Shown here: positions 30,818 to 41,694 of the stretch, one piece after another
How the letters are laid out: every line of letters begins with the position of its first letter
Position numbering within the stretch: the first letter of the stretch is position 1
NCBI GenBank assembly: GCA_963663765.2
Contig: CAXXUA010000004.1
Span: 1,120,001 to 1,184,000 of the forward strand
Direction: 5' to 3'
Source of the DNA: Candidatus Poribacteria bacterium
GTDB lineage: Bacteria > Poribacteria > WGA-4E > WGA-3G
DNA: 64,000 nucleotides
Position numbers and translations under genes: made by a program
The notes under the pieces: model-generated
What the model saw: only the letters and a program-made list of their open reading frames with translations
Database searches by the model: none
Told to the model about the DNA's origin: nothing

Positions 30818-31831
30818 ACGTGAGTTTGATAATTAAAAACTGGTAAATAGAGAACCCCTTTGTTATTATGAAGTATACCAAATACTTACATAAGGAGTTC
30901 TCTGATGGATATCATAACACTTTTCTGTATAATTGACGATTTTTTTCTTGCGTATCTACAATATCAAGCAAAACACCAGTTGCCAGAAATACCCGGGACA
31001 AGCAATACCCGTGGCAGACCCAGGTGTCTTCATCCTAGCGAAGTTATGACGATACTTATTTATTTTCATCAACATAAGTGTAAAAACTTCAAAACCTATT
31101 ATCAAGAGCATGTCTGTAGCAACCTCCGTTGGGCGTTTCCAAACCTTGTCAGCTATAGTCGGTTTGTGCAGCTTGCACAAGAGGTTTTGATGCCGTTGTC
31201 TATTCTTCTAAACACCCGTTTCGGTGAATGTAATGGGACTTCCTTCATTGACTCAACGCCACTTCCAGTTTGCCATAATCGTCGGATTTCAGCGCATCGT
31301 GTCTTCGCTGATGGGGCAGAACGATCCAAAACCTCTATGGGATGGTTCTACGGGTTCAAACTGCATCTCGTCATCAATGATCAAGGTGAGCTGCTGTCTG
31401 TTATGGTGACACCCGGAAATACGGATGACCGGAAACCTGTGCCACAGTTGACCAAAGGCCTATTTGGCAAACTTTATGCCGATAAAGGATATATCGACAA
31501 AAAGTTGCGGGATAAACTGCGGGAAGAGGGTGTGTCACTCGTTTACAAAGTGCGCAAGAACATGAAACCCGAACCCTTGTCTGATGCTGACGCAGAACTC
31601 CTGAAAAAACGGATGCTCATTGAGTCGGTGAATAAAGAACTCAAAACTCAGACAGAGATCCAACATACACGGCATAGAAGTTATGCTAACTTCCAAGTCA
31701 ATACAGTTGCTGCCTTGATCGCTTATACCTATTTGAAGAAAAAACCCTCACTCAAACACAAAGAACTCAAGGAAATTAATTATCCATACCCAATGATATG
31801 TAACAACTAAAACTATTTATCAAACTCACGT
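30818..31831 (+). mobile_element. IS982-family element (complete)
   Basis: TIR ACGTGAGTTTGATAA / TTATCAAACTCACGT; 7-bp TSD TATGTTA. Confidence 0.92.
30905..31810 (+). CDS. IS982-family transposase
   Basis: LFCIIDDF, SYSRFV, IDSTPLPVC, GWFYGFKLHL, ADKGYI, KRMLIESV. Confidence 0.93.
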   Translation: MDIITLFCIIDDFFLAYLQYQAKHQLPEIPGTSNTRGRPRCLHPSEVMTILIYFHQHKCKNFKTYYQEHVCSNLRWAFPNLVSYSRFVQLAQEVLMPLSILLNTRFGECNGTSFIDSTPLPVCHNRRISAHRVFADGAERSKTSMGWFYGFKLHLVINDQGELLSVMVTPGNTDDRKPVPQLTKGLFGKLYADKGYIDKKLRDKLREEGVSLVYKVRKNMKPEPLSDADAELLKKRMLIESVNKELKTQTEIQHTRHRSYANFQVNTVAALIAYTYLKKKPSLKHKELKEINYPYPMICNN

Positions 31832-32477
31832 TATGTTATCAACGCGGAGTCTTTCATATCCACAACACTCCGAATAAATTCCAGGATAGCACGTCCAGTC
31901 AGTTCTTTCGCCATCCTTGCTACATACTACCTTGCCACCGCGTTCAACTGCTCCCAGAATGGCAGTTTTTTCCGTGCCACGACCGCGTTTCGCAGGTTCT
32001 CTGTCCTCTTTTTTGTTCGCTTTGCGAGGTTTCCCACCGATATAGGTTTCATCTGCTTCAATGATACCTTGTAGCATCACACTATCCTTTGCCATTACAG
32101 AGCGAATGCACGTTTCTATACGCCATGCAGTCTTTTGATTCAAGTCTAAATCGCGTGCTAATTGATGACTGGATAGACTCTTCTTTGCATTTACCATTAA
32201 GGATATAGCAAGAAACCATTTTTGTAGAGGGATTTTTGCTCCATGGATCACTGTCTTGCATGTAACCTTGAATGTTGCCGTGCAATCATGATATTGCCAG
32301 CGTCAAATACGTCCCAATTCCGTTTCTGTCCGTTTCGCAACGTGTGTGCTATCACAATGTGGACACTTAGGCTCTGCGTTCCACCGAATCTTCTCTAAAT
32401 GCGAAATACATGCTTCTTGATCAGGAAACCGTTCCATTACTTTTAACAATCCATCAGAATACTCCTTGATTAGGAGT

Positions 32478-32597
32478 CAGGGTTATGCAGTTTTCCTAAT
32501 TTTTGGATTATTGATAAAGAAACCCCGCGGTAGGAGCGACCTCCCGGTCGCGATTTTCTCAGACAAAAGCTAAAATACCTAAAACTGAATAACCCTG
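32478..32597. mobile_element. 120-bp MITE, CAGGGTTAT-TIR family, with a single REP-A
   Basis: 9-bp TSD ATTAGGAGT; inserted just upstream of the IS1595 transposase RBS. Confidence 0.9.
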
Positions 32598-33046
32598 ATT
32601 AGGAGTTGCTTTTTCTGACAGATTTCTGATACAATGTTCAGATAAGATTTATCCGCTGAAAAAGCAACTCGCTTTTTCGGTTCTATTGGGGGGCTGACAC
32701 CCCCTAATTTCTTATCTTTATTGTATCATATAAACCCAGTCTTAGCAAGGGTTATTAGTATCTTTTCATATTTATTGAAAGTCCAAAACTACTTACTGCG
32801 TTATTTATTTAGCAATCGTATTTGACCGCTTCTTAAAGTGAAATGAAGGCACGGGTATCACTGGCGTGGAGACAACTTGATGATGTCATATCCGATTTTC
32901 AGATTGACTTCAGTTCAAGTAAACTCTTGTCTTTTGTAGCACATAAACCACATAAGAAATATCAGTCTTATACCATTTTTGCAATACTAACGTCTAACAT
33001 AAACATAACCCTTAGGATCATATATACACAATAGAACGGAAAACAG

Positions 33047-35980
33047 ATGCAAAACCCTGACCCAGCATTAGAACAACTTCTCTCCAATACACTTGACGGA
33101 GAAGTCCGTTTTGACGCATATTCAAAAGCACTATACAGCACAGATGCAAGCCTATACCAAATAGAACCCATCGGTGTCGTTGTTCCCAAGCACAAACAAG
33201 ATGTCATCAACACAATCCAGATCGCTGCTGAACACAAAATCCCTATACTGCCTCGCGGTGGTGGCACAAGTCTCGCCGGACAGTGTGTCGGCAGTGCAAT
33301 TGTCATAGACATGTCCAAATACATGAATCAGTTGATTGAAGTAAACGCTGCTGAACACTGGGCGCGCGTTGAACCGGGAATCGTTTTGGACGAATTAAAC
33401 CATCAACTCAAACCTCACGGACTCATGTATGCACCAGATGTCGCAACAAGTAGCCGTGCAAACGTCGGTGGCACTATCGGCAATAACTCCGCGGGTTCTC
33501 ACTCACTTATCTACGGTAAAACGATTGACCATGTGATGTCGTTAGACCTCGTTCTTGCAAATGGCGAGGAGATAACAGCAGCCCCCCTATCATTTCCTGA
33601 AGTCGCATCCAAAAAAGAGGGCGATTCATTAGAAGCACAAATCTATAGCGAACTTTGCCGAATATGTGATGAAAACGCTGAGGAAATCCGTGAACGCTAT
33701 CCCAGAATTCTACGTAGAGTCGCGGGGTATAATCTGGATGAATATGTAACAGATGCTGGCTCAAAAGAGGTTACACCCTACCGCAGAGATGGATGCGATG
33801 CACATCGTCCATTCAGTCTCGCGAAAATTGTCGTCGGATCCGAAGGCACACTCGCATCAATCGTTGAGGCAAAGGTAAATCTCGTTCCGGTTCCAAAAAT
33901 GACCTGCTTATGTGTTGTTCATTTCAAGACACTCATCGCTGCTATGGAGGCAATGCAACCCATCTTAGACTGCAATCCAACCGCAGTTGAACTCATCGAC
34001 AAATCAATTCTGGGAATGGCACAAGGATCTTTGGAATTCTCCAGATTAACAAGCTTTATTCAAGGCGAACCGGAAGCACTACTCGCAGTTGAATTTTACG
34101 GTGAAACTGATACTGAACTACACGAACAGATAGACCACCTTGAAAAAACCTTGAAAAACTCCGGATTTGGATATGCTTATGTCAGATGCTTTTCTGCTGA
34201 AGAAAAAGCACGTGTCTGGGAAACACGAAAAGCAGGACTCGGCTTACTCATGGGAATGAAAGGCGATGCAAAACCGATCGGCTTTGTGGAAGATGCTGCT
34301 GTCCCTATTAAAAACTTACCCGAATACGTCCGCAGATTCGATGAAATCGTCACACGACATGACACAACCGCCTCTTACTACGCACACGCAAGCGTCGGAT
34401 TGCTACACAACAGACCCGTAATCAATCTCAAATCCGAATCAGATATCCAAAAAATGCATAGCATCGCACGCGAAGTAAAAGACCTACTCTTAGACCTAAA
34501 CGGCGCAATGAGTGGGGAACATGGAGACGGACTCGTCCGAAGTGAATGGATTGAAAGCATGTTCGGACCTAAGATCTATCAAGCACTCCGTGAAGTCAAA
34601 AACGCATTTGACCCTGATCGGATTATGAACCCTGGCAAAATCATTGATCCACCCCCAATGACAGAAAACCTACGTTTCGGCGCAAAATACAATACAATCA
34701 AAATTGATACATACTTTGATTTCTCATCACAAGATGGCTTTGGAAGATCCATTGAGATGTGCAACGGAGTCGGTGCCTGCCGTAAAACATTGACAGGTAC
34801 CATGTGTCCCTCCTTCATCGCAACACGCGAAGAAGAACACTCAACACGCGGACGCGCAAACGCACTACGGTTGGTAATCTCCGGTGAATTACCTCACGCT
34901 GACTTAACAAGTCAACGCCTATATGATGTCCTTGACTTGTGCCTCGGCTGCAAAGCATGCAAAGCAGAATGTCCCTCCAATGTTGACATGGCGAAAATAA
35001 AATACGAAGTACTTGCACATTACCGAAAAGCAAACGGACTCCCGCTACGCAATAGACTTTTTGGTGAAATCGGTTCTCTTGCTGTTCTTGGTTCAACTTT
35101 CGCACCAATCTCAAATTGGGCAACAAATAACCCGTTTTCCAAGTGGATGGCAGAAAAACTGATGGGGATCGATCAACGCAGGGAGATGCCGACCTTTGTA
35201 CATCAAACCTTTGAAAAATGGTTCAGAAAACGAAAATCAACGCTCACTTCCGATAAAAAAGTAGTACTGTTTCACGACACCTTTTTGAACTATAGCGAAC
35301 CAAATATCGGCAAAGCAGCCATACACGTCTTAGAATCCGCTGGTTATGAAGTCATCTTACCAAAGAAAAAATGCTGTGGAAGACCGCTTATCTCGGAAGG
35401 CATGCTTGATAGAGCAATAGAAAACGCCAACCATAATATTGAACAACTCCACACTTATGTTGAAGCAGGAATACCAATCGTAGGATGTGAACCAAGTTGT
35501 ACCTCCGCTTTGACAGACGATTATGTTGATCTTATTGGAACAGCAAAAGCAAAACGCGTTGCTGAGTCTACTTATGCACTTGAGGAATTTCTACTTCAAG
35601 AGCATCAAAAAGGTGAACTCAAACTCACTTTTGAAACAGAACCACGTGATATTCTATTGCACGGACACTGTCATCAGCGTGCACTCTCTGGCATCAACCC
35701 AGTGTTGAACATGCTGGAATTACCAAACACACATAACGTCACAGTCATAGATTCCAGTTGCTGTGGTATGGCGGGTTCATTCGGTTACGAAAAATCACAT
35801 TACGATATCTCAATGAAGATCGGTGAACTACGACTCTTCCCACACATCCGCGAAAATACTGATAAATATACACTCACAGCGTCAGGTTTTTCCTGCAGAC
35901 ATCAAATGGAACACGGAACTGGAATCTTACCAAAACACCCTATTGAAGTGCTAAGTGAAGCACTCCAAACAAATACTTAA
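33047..35980 (+). CDS. FAD-binding / Fe-S / CCG-domain oxidoreductase (GlcD-GlcF fusion, YdiJ-like 2-hydroxyacid dehydrogenase)
   Basis: PRGGGTSLAGQ, GSEGTL, SGEHGDG, CNGVGAC, CLGCKACKAECP, CCGRP, HGHCHQ, CCGMAGSFG. Confidence 0.92.
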   Translation: MQNPDPALEQLLSNTLDGEVRFDAYSKALYSTDASLYQIEPIGVVVPKHKQDVINTIQIAAEHKIPILPRGGGTSLAGQCVGSAIVIDMSKYMNQLIEVNAAEHWARVEPGIVLDELNHQLKPHGLMYAPDVATSSRANVGGTIGNNSAGSHSLIYGKTIDHVMSLDLVLANGEEITAAPLSFPEVASKKEGDSLEAQIYSELCRICDENAEEIRERYPRILRRVAGYNLDEYVTDAGSKEVTPYRRDGCDAHRPFSLAKIVVGSEGTLASIVEAKVNLVPVPKMTCLCVVHFKTLIAAMEAMQPILDCNPTAVELIDKSILGMAQGSLEFSRLTSFIQGEPEALLAVEFYGETDTELHEQIDHLEKTLKNSGFGYAYVRCFSAEEKARVWETRKAGLGLLMGMKGDAKPIGFVEDAAVPIKNLPEYVRRFDEIVTRHDTTASYYAHASVGLLHNRPVINLKSESDIQKMHSIAREVKDLLLDLNGAMSGEHGDGLVRSEWIESMFGPKIYQALREVKNAFDPDRIMNPGKIIDPPPMTENLRFGAKYNTIKIDTYFDFSSQDGFGRSIEMCNGVGACRKTLTGTMCPSFIATREEEHSTRGRANALRLVISGELPHADLTSQRLYDVLDLCLGCKACKAECPSNVDMAKIKYEVLAHYRKANGLPLRNRLFGEIGSLAVLGSTFAPISNWATNNPFSKWMAEKLMGIDQRREMPTFVHQTFEKWFRKRKSTLTSDKKVVLFHDTFLNYSEPNIGKAAIHVLESAGYEVILPKKKCCGRPLISEGMLDRAIENANHNIEQLHTYVEAGIPIVGCEPSCTSALTDDYVDLIGTAKAKRVAESTYALEEFLLQEHQKGELKLTFETEPRDILLHGHCHQRALSGINPVLNMLELPNTHNVTVIDSSCCGMAGSFGYEKSHYDISMKIGELRLFPHIRENTDKYTLTASGFSCRHQMEHGTGILPKHPIEVLSEALQTNT

Positions 35981-36019
35981 ATTTAAGGAATTAATAGAAC
36001 GCTATACGCAGGATAAAAA

Positions 36020-37450
36020 ATGCAAAAAATATTTGAAAAACTCAATGATTTCAAAACAGTTGATCTGCCTGAAAAGCAGCTGCCTTTTTGGAAAATAGCT
36101 GGACCCGGTGCTATTTTAGTCGGACTCTCTATCGGAGCAGGTGAAATTGTAATTTGGCCCCTAATCGCTGCTGAATACGGTGGAAGCATGGTCTGGGCAG
36201 CTGTCCTCGGCGTTTTTCTACAACTCTGGATCAACTTTGAAGTCGGTAGATGGACAATAGCAACTGGTGAAACAGTATACACAGGTTACAGTCGTATATG
36301 GCGAGGATTCGCACCGCTCTTTATCTTACTCACTATTATTGGGTGGATCGCACCAGGTTGGGCACGCGCATCAGGACTCGCACTCAAGGCACTCCTAATC
36401 GGACCTGGCGGTTGGGGTTCAGATACCTTCTGGACAGTTGTTACATTCGCAGCTGTTGCATTAATCCTTTTCGGTCCCAAAATGGTCTACAACTCTGTAG
36501 AAAGATCAGTTGAACTGCTGGTCGCAATTGTTACAATTGGATTGATCATAGTCGTTATCGCCGTAGGTTCGCTTGATACATGGAAAGAATTGGGGGCTGG
36601 AATAATAAACGTCGGGCATGTAGCAGAAGGAATGAATATCAAGAGACTTTTTATTGCAGTGGTCTTCGCTGGCGCAGGAGGAACAGCAAACCTATTCTAT
36701 ACCTTCTATCTTCGAGACAAAGATATCGGTATGGGCGCACGGTTACCATCACTACGAAACCCACTACGCGGACGAGACGAAACTATACCTTCAACAGGAT
36801 ACCTATTTGAAGAAACACCTGAAAACCAGAAACGATTCGCTGCATGGTGGAAATACATAAAGCAGGACCAAATGCTATTCTTTTGGGCACTCAATACTGT
36901 CACTATGCTACTCTTCATTTTTGGTGCGCTGGCAGTCTTACACCCACAAGGTATCGTGCCACAACAAGGGCAACTTATCTATGACGAAGCAAACATACTA
37001 AAAGGTATCTGGGGAATGCCAGGACAATATATCTTTTTACTCGTCGGTGTGGCAACGCTTTTTGGTACACAACTCGCACTCGTAGATGGAGTCGGAAGAT
37101 CAATATCCGACATTATTTATACAAACTTTAAAGGCGCAAAAAAACGCACCCTAAGCTGGTGGTATCTGCTTGTAGTAGGTATTTGGATCGTCGCTGGATG
37201 TGTCATTACTTATGTAATGGAACAACTGAACGTAAGCGAACTCGGTTTCCTTTTCAGCGCAGCATATATGGGCGGATTTGCTATGGCTATTTATGTCCCA
37301 CTTACATTATATATGAATAGACGTTTCTTACCCAGTTTTGCCAAACCCAAAAAAATATCAACGACAATGATGTTGATCGCATCTGCTGTATATATCGGTT
37401 TTGCTATCGCAAGTATTATATGGGAAATTAACCGACTAATCGGAGGATAA
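36020..37450 (+). CDS. Nramp-related (APC superfamily) membrane transporter
   Basis: GPGAILVGLSIGAGE motif; about 11 TM helices. Confidence 0.75.
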   Translation: MQKIFEKLNDFKTVDLPEKQLPFWKIAGPGAILVGLSIGAGEIVIWPLIAAEYGGSMVWAAVLGVFLQLWINFEVGRWTIATGETVYTGYSRIWRGFAPLFILLTIIGWIAPGWARASGLALKALLIGPGGWGSDTFWTVVTFAAVALILFGPKMVYNSVERSVELLVAIVTIGLIIVVIAVGSLDTWKELGAGIINVGHVAEGMNIKRLFIAVVFAGAGGTANLFYTFYLRDKDIGMGARLPSLRNPLRGRDETIPSTGYLFEETPENQKRFAAWWKYIKQDQMLFFWALNTVTMLLFIFGALAVLHPQGIVPQQGQLIYDEANILKGIWGMPGQYIFLLVGVATLFGTQLALVDGVGRSISDIIYTNFKGAKKRTLSWWYLLVVGIWIVAGCVITYVMEQLNVSELGFLFSAAYMGGFAMAIYVPLTLYMNRRFLPSFAKPKKISTTMMLIASAVYIGFAIASIIWEINRLIGG

Positions 37451-37451
37451 A

Positions 37452-38273
37452 ATGGATAAGAATGCACAAATTGACTTTTTTCAGAAGGAAGGCTATCTCG
37501 TTGTTGAAAATCTATTGTCACCTGAAGATCTTAAAAAATGTCAAGAAGAGATTCAACTACTACATCAGTTTGCTGCAGGTCAGGAAACGGATGAAGAAAA
37601 GGAACGTGCTGATATCGCTCGCAGACACGTACAACGTGAACCTTTCGCAAAAGACGAAACGCAAGGGGACAAGCTGCCTGTACTGCGAAAAGCAGAAAAT
37701 ACACGCCAATACTCAGATGTGTTCAAGAACTTGGCACAACAACCAAACCTAATCGCAGTCCTCCAAAACCTTATTGGAGAAGACCTACTCCTATTTAGAA
37801 GCACGCTCATGTTCAAACCCGCTTTCCACGGTTCATCACACGGACTACACCAGGATTCAGCGTATTGGCCAATGGAACCACCAAGATTGGTAACGGTAAG
37901 TATCGCGCTAAACGATGCAACACCAGATAACGGTTGTTTCAAAGTCGTTCCACGCAGTCATTTATGGGGTGTACAAGAATGGGGGGCAATCGCACGAAAA
38001 CAAGATGCTGAACTCACCGAACATGATGAAGCCGCAAAACAACAAATAGATGTCCCACTTACCGCAGGCAGCGCACTGTTCTTCCATAGCCTCATGGTAC
38101 ACGGTTCCGGTCCAAACGCTTCACCCCGACCAAGAAATACAGCACTATACGCATATTTCTCACCAGAAGTCAGATATGTTACCAAAGACGGTAAAGGAGA
38201 GCGCTCATTCCCTGTCGTAGCAGGACTCGACGGAAAAACTGAACTCACTTTTGAAGCACAAAAAGCATCGTAG
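37452..38273 (+). CDS. Phytanoyl-CoA dioxygenase (PhyH) family Fe(II)/2OG dioxygenase
   Basis: GYLVVENLL, LHQDSAYW, NGCFKVVPRSH, FHSLMVHGSGPN..R. Confidence 0.92.
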   Translation: MDKNAQIDFFQKEGYLVVENLLSPEDLKKCQEEIQLLHQFAAGQETDEEKERADIARRHVQREPFAKDETQGDKLPVLRKAENTRQYSDVFKNLAQQPNLIAVLQNLIGEDLLLFRSTLMFKPAFHGSSHGLHQDSAYWPMEPPRLVTVSIALNDATPDNGCFKVVPRSHLWGVQEWGAIARKQDAELTEHDEAAKQQIDVPLTAGSALFFHSLMVHGSGPNASPRPRNTALYAYFSPEVRYVTKDGKGERSFPVVAGLDGKTELTFEAQKAS

Positions 38274-38504
38274 ATATACAATTACAAAAAATGGATGTGT
38301 ACATCCAATGCACACATCCATTCAATTCTACCGAAACTTAACAACCTCGTCAACGCTCAAAATCTATGATACCAGAGGCATTCAATTGTCACTATTCATC
38401 TTTGTGGGAGGGGTTTGTAACCCCGATTACTTGAGTAGAATCGGCTCCCGAGTCGCGAAAATCACCAAAATATTAGGAAAAATTCGCCAATTGAATGCAT
38501 CTGT

Positions 38505-39254
38505 CTATGATACAACAGTATTACGCAGAACACCAACACCCTCAATCTCAACTTCAACAACATCACCAGACTTCAAGGCAGTTGTCGTTCCCGGTGTCCC
38601 TGTAAATACAGCATCACCAGGTTCCAAAGTGATCGCTTGTGAGATGAAACTAACAATCACAGGCACAGGAAAAATAAGATCCCCAGTCGTCTGAGACTGC
38701 ACTACATCACCATTGATACGTGTCTCTAATTGCAGATCATTAAAATCAACATCGGTAGCAATCACCGGACCGATAGGTCCAAACGTATCAGATGCTTTCG
38801 CACGCCACCACTGTAAATCATTTTTTTGCCATGTCCGCGCACTCACGTCATTACCACAAGTAACACCTAAAATATTTTTTTCTGCTTCATCGGGAGTTGC
38901 TTTCTGCGTGCGTTCCCTAATTATCACAACCAATTCACCTTCTGCATGCACATCAGAATCACCTTCTGGCAGCACAATATCACCTTCAGGATCATTGATA
39001 CACGATGGCGTCTTGATAAAGATTTCTGGATTTTTCGGTTCAGACGCATCTCCTAAATGACTCCGATAATTCAAACCAACCGCTAATACCTTAGACGGCA
39101 TCGTCGGTGCAAGCAACTTTACATCCTCTAAAGCAACAGTATCTCCAGTCTCATTAAAATCAGTAAACGGACATGCATCTAACACACTTAAACGACTTCC
39201 TGAAACAATACCATAACCAATTTTTCCATTCAATTCGTATCGGGCTAATTTCAT
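38505..39254 (-). CDS. Fumarylacetoacetate hydrolase family protein
   Basis: VGLNYRSH, EGELVVII, GNDVSAR, KASDTFGPIGP, LEPGDAVFTGTPG. Confidence 0.93.
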   Translation of the reverse strand: MKLARYELNGKIGYGIVSGSRLSVLDACPFTDFNETGDTVALEDVKLLAPTMPSKVLAVGLNYRSHLGDASEPKNPEIFIKTPSCINDPEGDIVLPEGDSDVHAEGELVVIIRERTQKATPDEAEKNILGVTCGNDVSARTWQKNDLQWWRAKASDTFGPIGPVIATDVDFNDLQLETRINGDVVQSQTTGDLIFPVPVIVSFISQAITLEPGDAVFTGTPGTTTALKSGDVVEVEIEGVGVLRNTVVS

Positions 39255-39641
39255 AATAATTCCTCCAACATAATTGTTGCACGTATACACCATTTTGTCA
39301 ATCATTTTACAACAGAACTTACGTAAAAAACGGTAGACGGGGAATGCCTAAAGAAGCATGCGCGTATGGCATGCTCCATGATTCATACCGTTGATTTGGT
39401 GCTTTGTAAGCGCGCTGGATGTACAAATAATGTTGAAAATTACATCATTTTCATCACAATTCTTGATTAAATCATGAAAACTGCGTAAGTCCTGTTTAAG
39501 AAAAAATGTTGGTGGTTTCTCTTGTGGGAGGGGTTTGTAACCCCGATTATTCAGTATGAGCGACCAGTGGAATACCAAATGGCATTCATACCCGGGGAAT
39601 GCCTACCATCGGGTGAGCTCTTACAAAGCACACCAAATGAG

Positions 39642-40376
39642 CAGGGTTATTTAGTTTTAAGAGTTTTCTGTTATTGAGATTTACTGAAAGTTAATATCCA
39701 GTTTCGGTTTCCTAACCGAACTTTATGCATCAGTTTTAGATTATTGAAACATGAACATCGCTCTTTAGTCCCGTAGGGACGATATGTTTATAGAAAACGA
39801 ATACCCTCCACAGTTCTTTAGTCCCGTAGGGACGATATGTTTATTCTTCTATGTCGTTCCTACGGAACTCAAGTGGGGTGGAAAACATTTTCTATAAACA
39901 TATCGTCCCTAATGAAGATTAAAAAATACTTTGGGTAATTCTTCTAATCCGGCTACGGTAGGCGGGGAATGCCTAAATGGCATTCATACCGTTGATTTGG
40001 TGCTTTGTAAGCGCACCCCAACCGCAGGCGGGGAATGCCTAAATGGCATTCATACCGTTGATTTGGTGCTTTGTCCGCGCAACCCCCAACTACCCCCTAA
40101 CTGCAGGCGTGCTTTGTCCGCGCAACCCCCAACTGCCCCCTCACCTGCAGGCGTGCTTTCTCCGTGCACCCCGATTGTAGGCGTGATTTGTCCGCGCGCT
40201 GGCACATCAAGTCCCAAGAGCGCGCTTACAAAGCACGCCTACAATCTGAAAAATATTTATTACCCGATTAATAAATTAATCTTCATACGGGACTTAAGAA
40301 CTAGACAAGATGGTATCCCATAAAATTAACGACATAGCAAAATAATAACAAAAATATTGAAAACTAAATAACCCTG
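39642..40376. mobile_element. MITE, CAGGGTTATT-TIR family, with REP-B cargo and a nested REP-C cassette
   Basis: 9-bp TSD CCAAATGAG; the corresponding empty site is visible upstream of WD40 paralog 3 (about 43023). Confidence 0.85.
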
Positions 40377-40393
40377 CCAAATGAGACAAAAGA

Positions 40394-40422
40394 TTGACAT
40401 GTGTTCGTTTATGATATAATAT
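40394..40422 (+). promoter_or_regulatory. Sigma70 promoter of WD40 gene 1 (paralogous copy at 43041-43069)
   Basis: TTGACA followed by TGATATAATAT; the copy before gene 3 is TTGACA-17-TATTAT. Confidence 0.65.
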
Positions 40423-40453
40423 GTCCAAATATTACATACAAAAGGAGTTTATT

Positions 40454-41569
40454 ATGAAAAGAAGTTTAGTGATACTCAGCATTTTCCTCGCCATGATGCT
40501 CGTTGCGTGCGGTGGTGATGAGACCACCGCACCTGTAGAAGACGACCAAATGGTGATGGATGACGACCAAATGGTGATGGATGACGACCAAATGGTGATG
40601 GATGACGATAAAATGGTGATGGATGACGATAAAATGGATAACGACACACAAACACCCGTAGACCCACCACCAGAACCTGAAAGAACCTATTATGAAGGCA
40701 CACTTGTTGGGCATACGGATCGGGTCTTGAGCGTAGCGTTCAGTCCGGATGGCAACACAATCGCAAGTGGCAGTGTTGACCACTCCATCCGATTGTGGGA
40801 CACAAGCGATGGCAGACAGATACGTATACTATCAGGGCATACGGATTTTGTCAGAAACGTAGCGTTCAGTCCGGATGGTAGCACAATCGCAAGTGGCAGT
40901 CAGGATAATACCATCCGTTTGTGGAACACAAGCGATGGCACACATATCCGCACACTCACAGGGCATACGTTTTGGGTCACCAGCGTAGCGTTCAGTCCGG
41001 ATGGTAGCACAATCACAAGTGGTAGTCATGACGATACCATCCGTTTGTGGAACACAAGTGATGGCACACATATCCGCACCCTCACAGGGCATACGGATGG
41101 GGTCTACAGCGTAGCGTTCAGTCCTGATGGTAGCACAATCGCAAGTGGTAGTGCGGACGATACCATCCGTTTGTGGAACGCAAATGATGGCACCCATATC
41201 CGCACACTCTCAGGGCATACGAATTATGTCTGGAACGTAGCGTTCAGTCCGGATGGTAGCACAATCGCAAGTGGTAGTTGGGACAGAACCATCCGTTTGT
41301 GGAACCCAAGTGATGGCACCCATATCCGCACCCTCACAGGACATGCGAATCGGGTCATCAGCGTACCGTTTAGTCCTGATGGTAGCACACTCGCAAGTGG
41401 CAGTTTTGACCACTCCATCCGATTGTGGAACGCAAGTGATGGCACGCACATCCGCAGGCTCACAGGGCATACGGATTTTGTCCAGGGTGTCGCCTTCAGT
41501 CCGGATGGTAATGCCCTCGCCAGTGGAAGTTCGGACAACACCTTGCGCATGTGGGATGTTAGTGAGTGA
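40454..41569 (+). CDS. WD40-repeat lipoprotein, paralog 1
   Basis: Lipobox LVAC-GG, expanded DDDQMVM linker, seven 42-aa WD40 repeats. Confidence 0.92.
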   Translation: MKRSLVILSIFLAMMLVACGGDETTAPVEDDQMVMDDDQMVMDDDQMVMDDDKMVMDDDKMDNDTQTPVDPPPEPERTYYEGTLVGHTDRVLSVAFSPDGNTIASGSVDHSIRLWDTSDGRQIRILSGHTDFVRNVAFSPDGSTIASGSQDNTIRLWNTSDGTHIRTLTGHTFWVTSVAFSPDGSTITSGSHDDTIRLWNTSDGTHIRTLTGHTDGVYSVAFSPDGSTIASGSADDTIRLWNANDGTHIRTLSGHTNYVWNVAFSPDGSTIASGSWDRTIRLWNPSDGTHIRTLTGHANRVISVPFSPDGSTLASGSFDHSIRLWNASDGTHIRRLTGHTDFVQGVAFSPDGNALASGSSDNTLRMWDVSE

Positions 41570-41694
41570 TGTGGGTTATCTGAAGCAGGATTCACAAATC
41601 AAGAAATCAACGGTATGAATGCTATAAAGCATTCCTCATGATTTTCAGATGTGATGTAACATGTCCAAATATTACATCACAAAAGGAATTTATT

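Larger units (their letters stand above)
30299..32800 (-). mobile_element. IS1595-family element with a pseudogenised transposase, interrupted by IS982 and a MITE
   Basis: About 28-bp imperfect TIR (GCArTAAGTAGTTTTGGACTT); 8-bp TSD TTATTTAT. N-terminal zinc ribbon (KCPHCDS) and IIEADETYIGG lie right of IS982; HTNTIEGFWGLLKR lies left of it. In-frame stops and frameshifts present. Confidence 0.88.

Noticed and set aside
26418-32312. In-frame TAG/TGA codons (DUF433, IS1595 transposase) as stop-codon recoding
   Set aside because: They occur only in decayed accessory genes with other lesions; intact genes in the window use TAA, TAG and TGA as normal stops.
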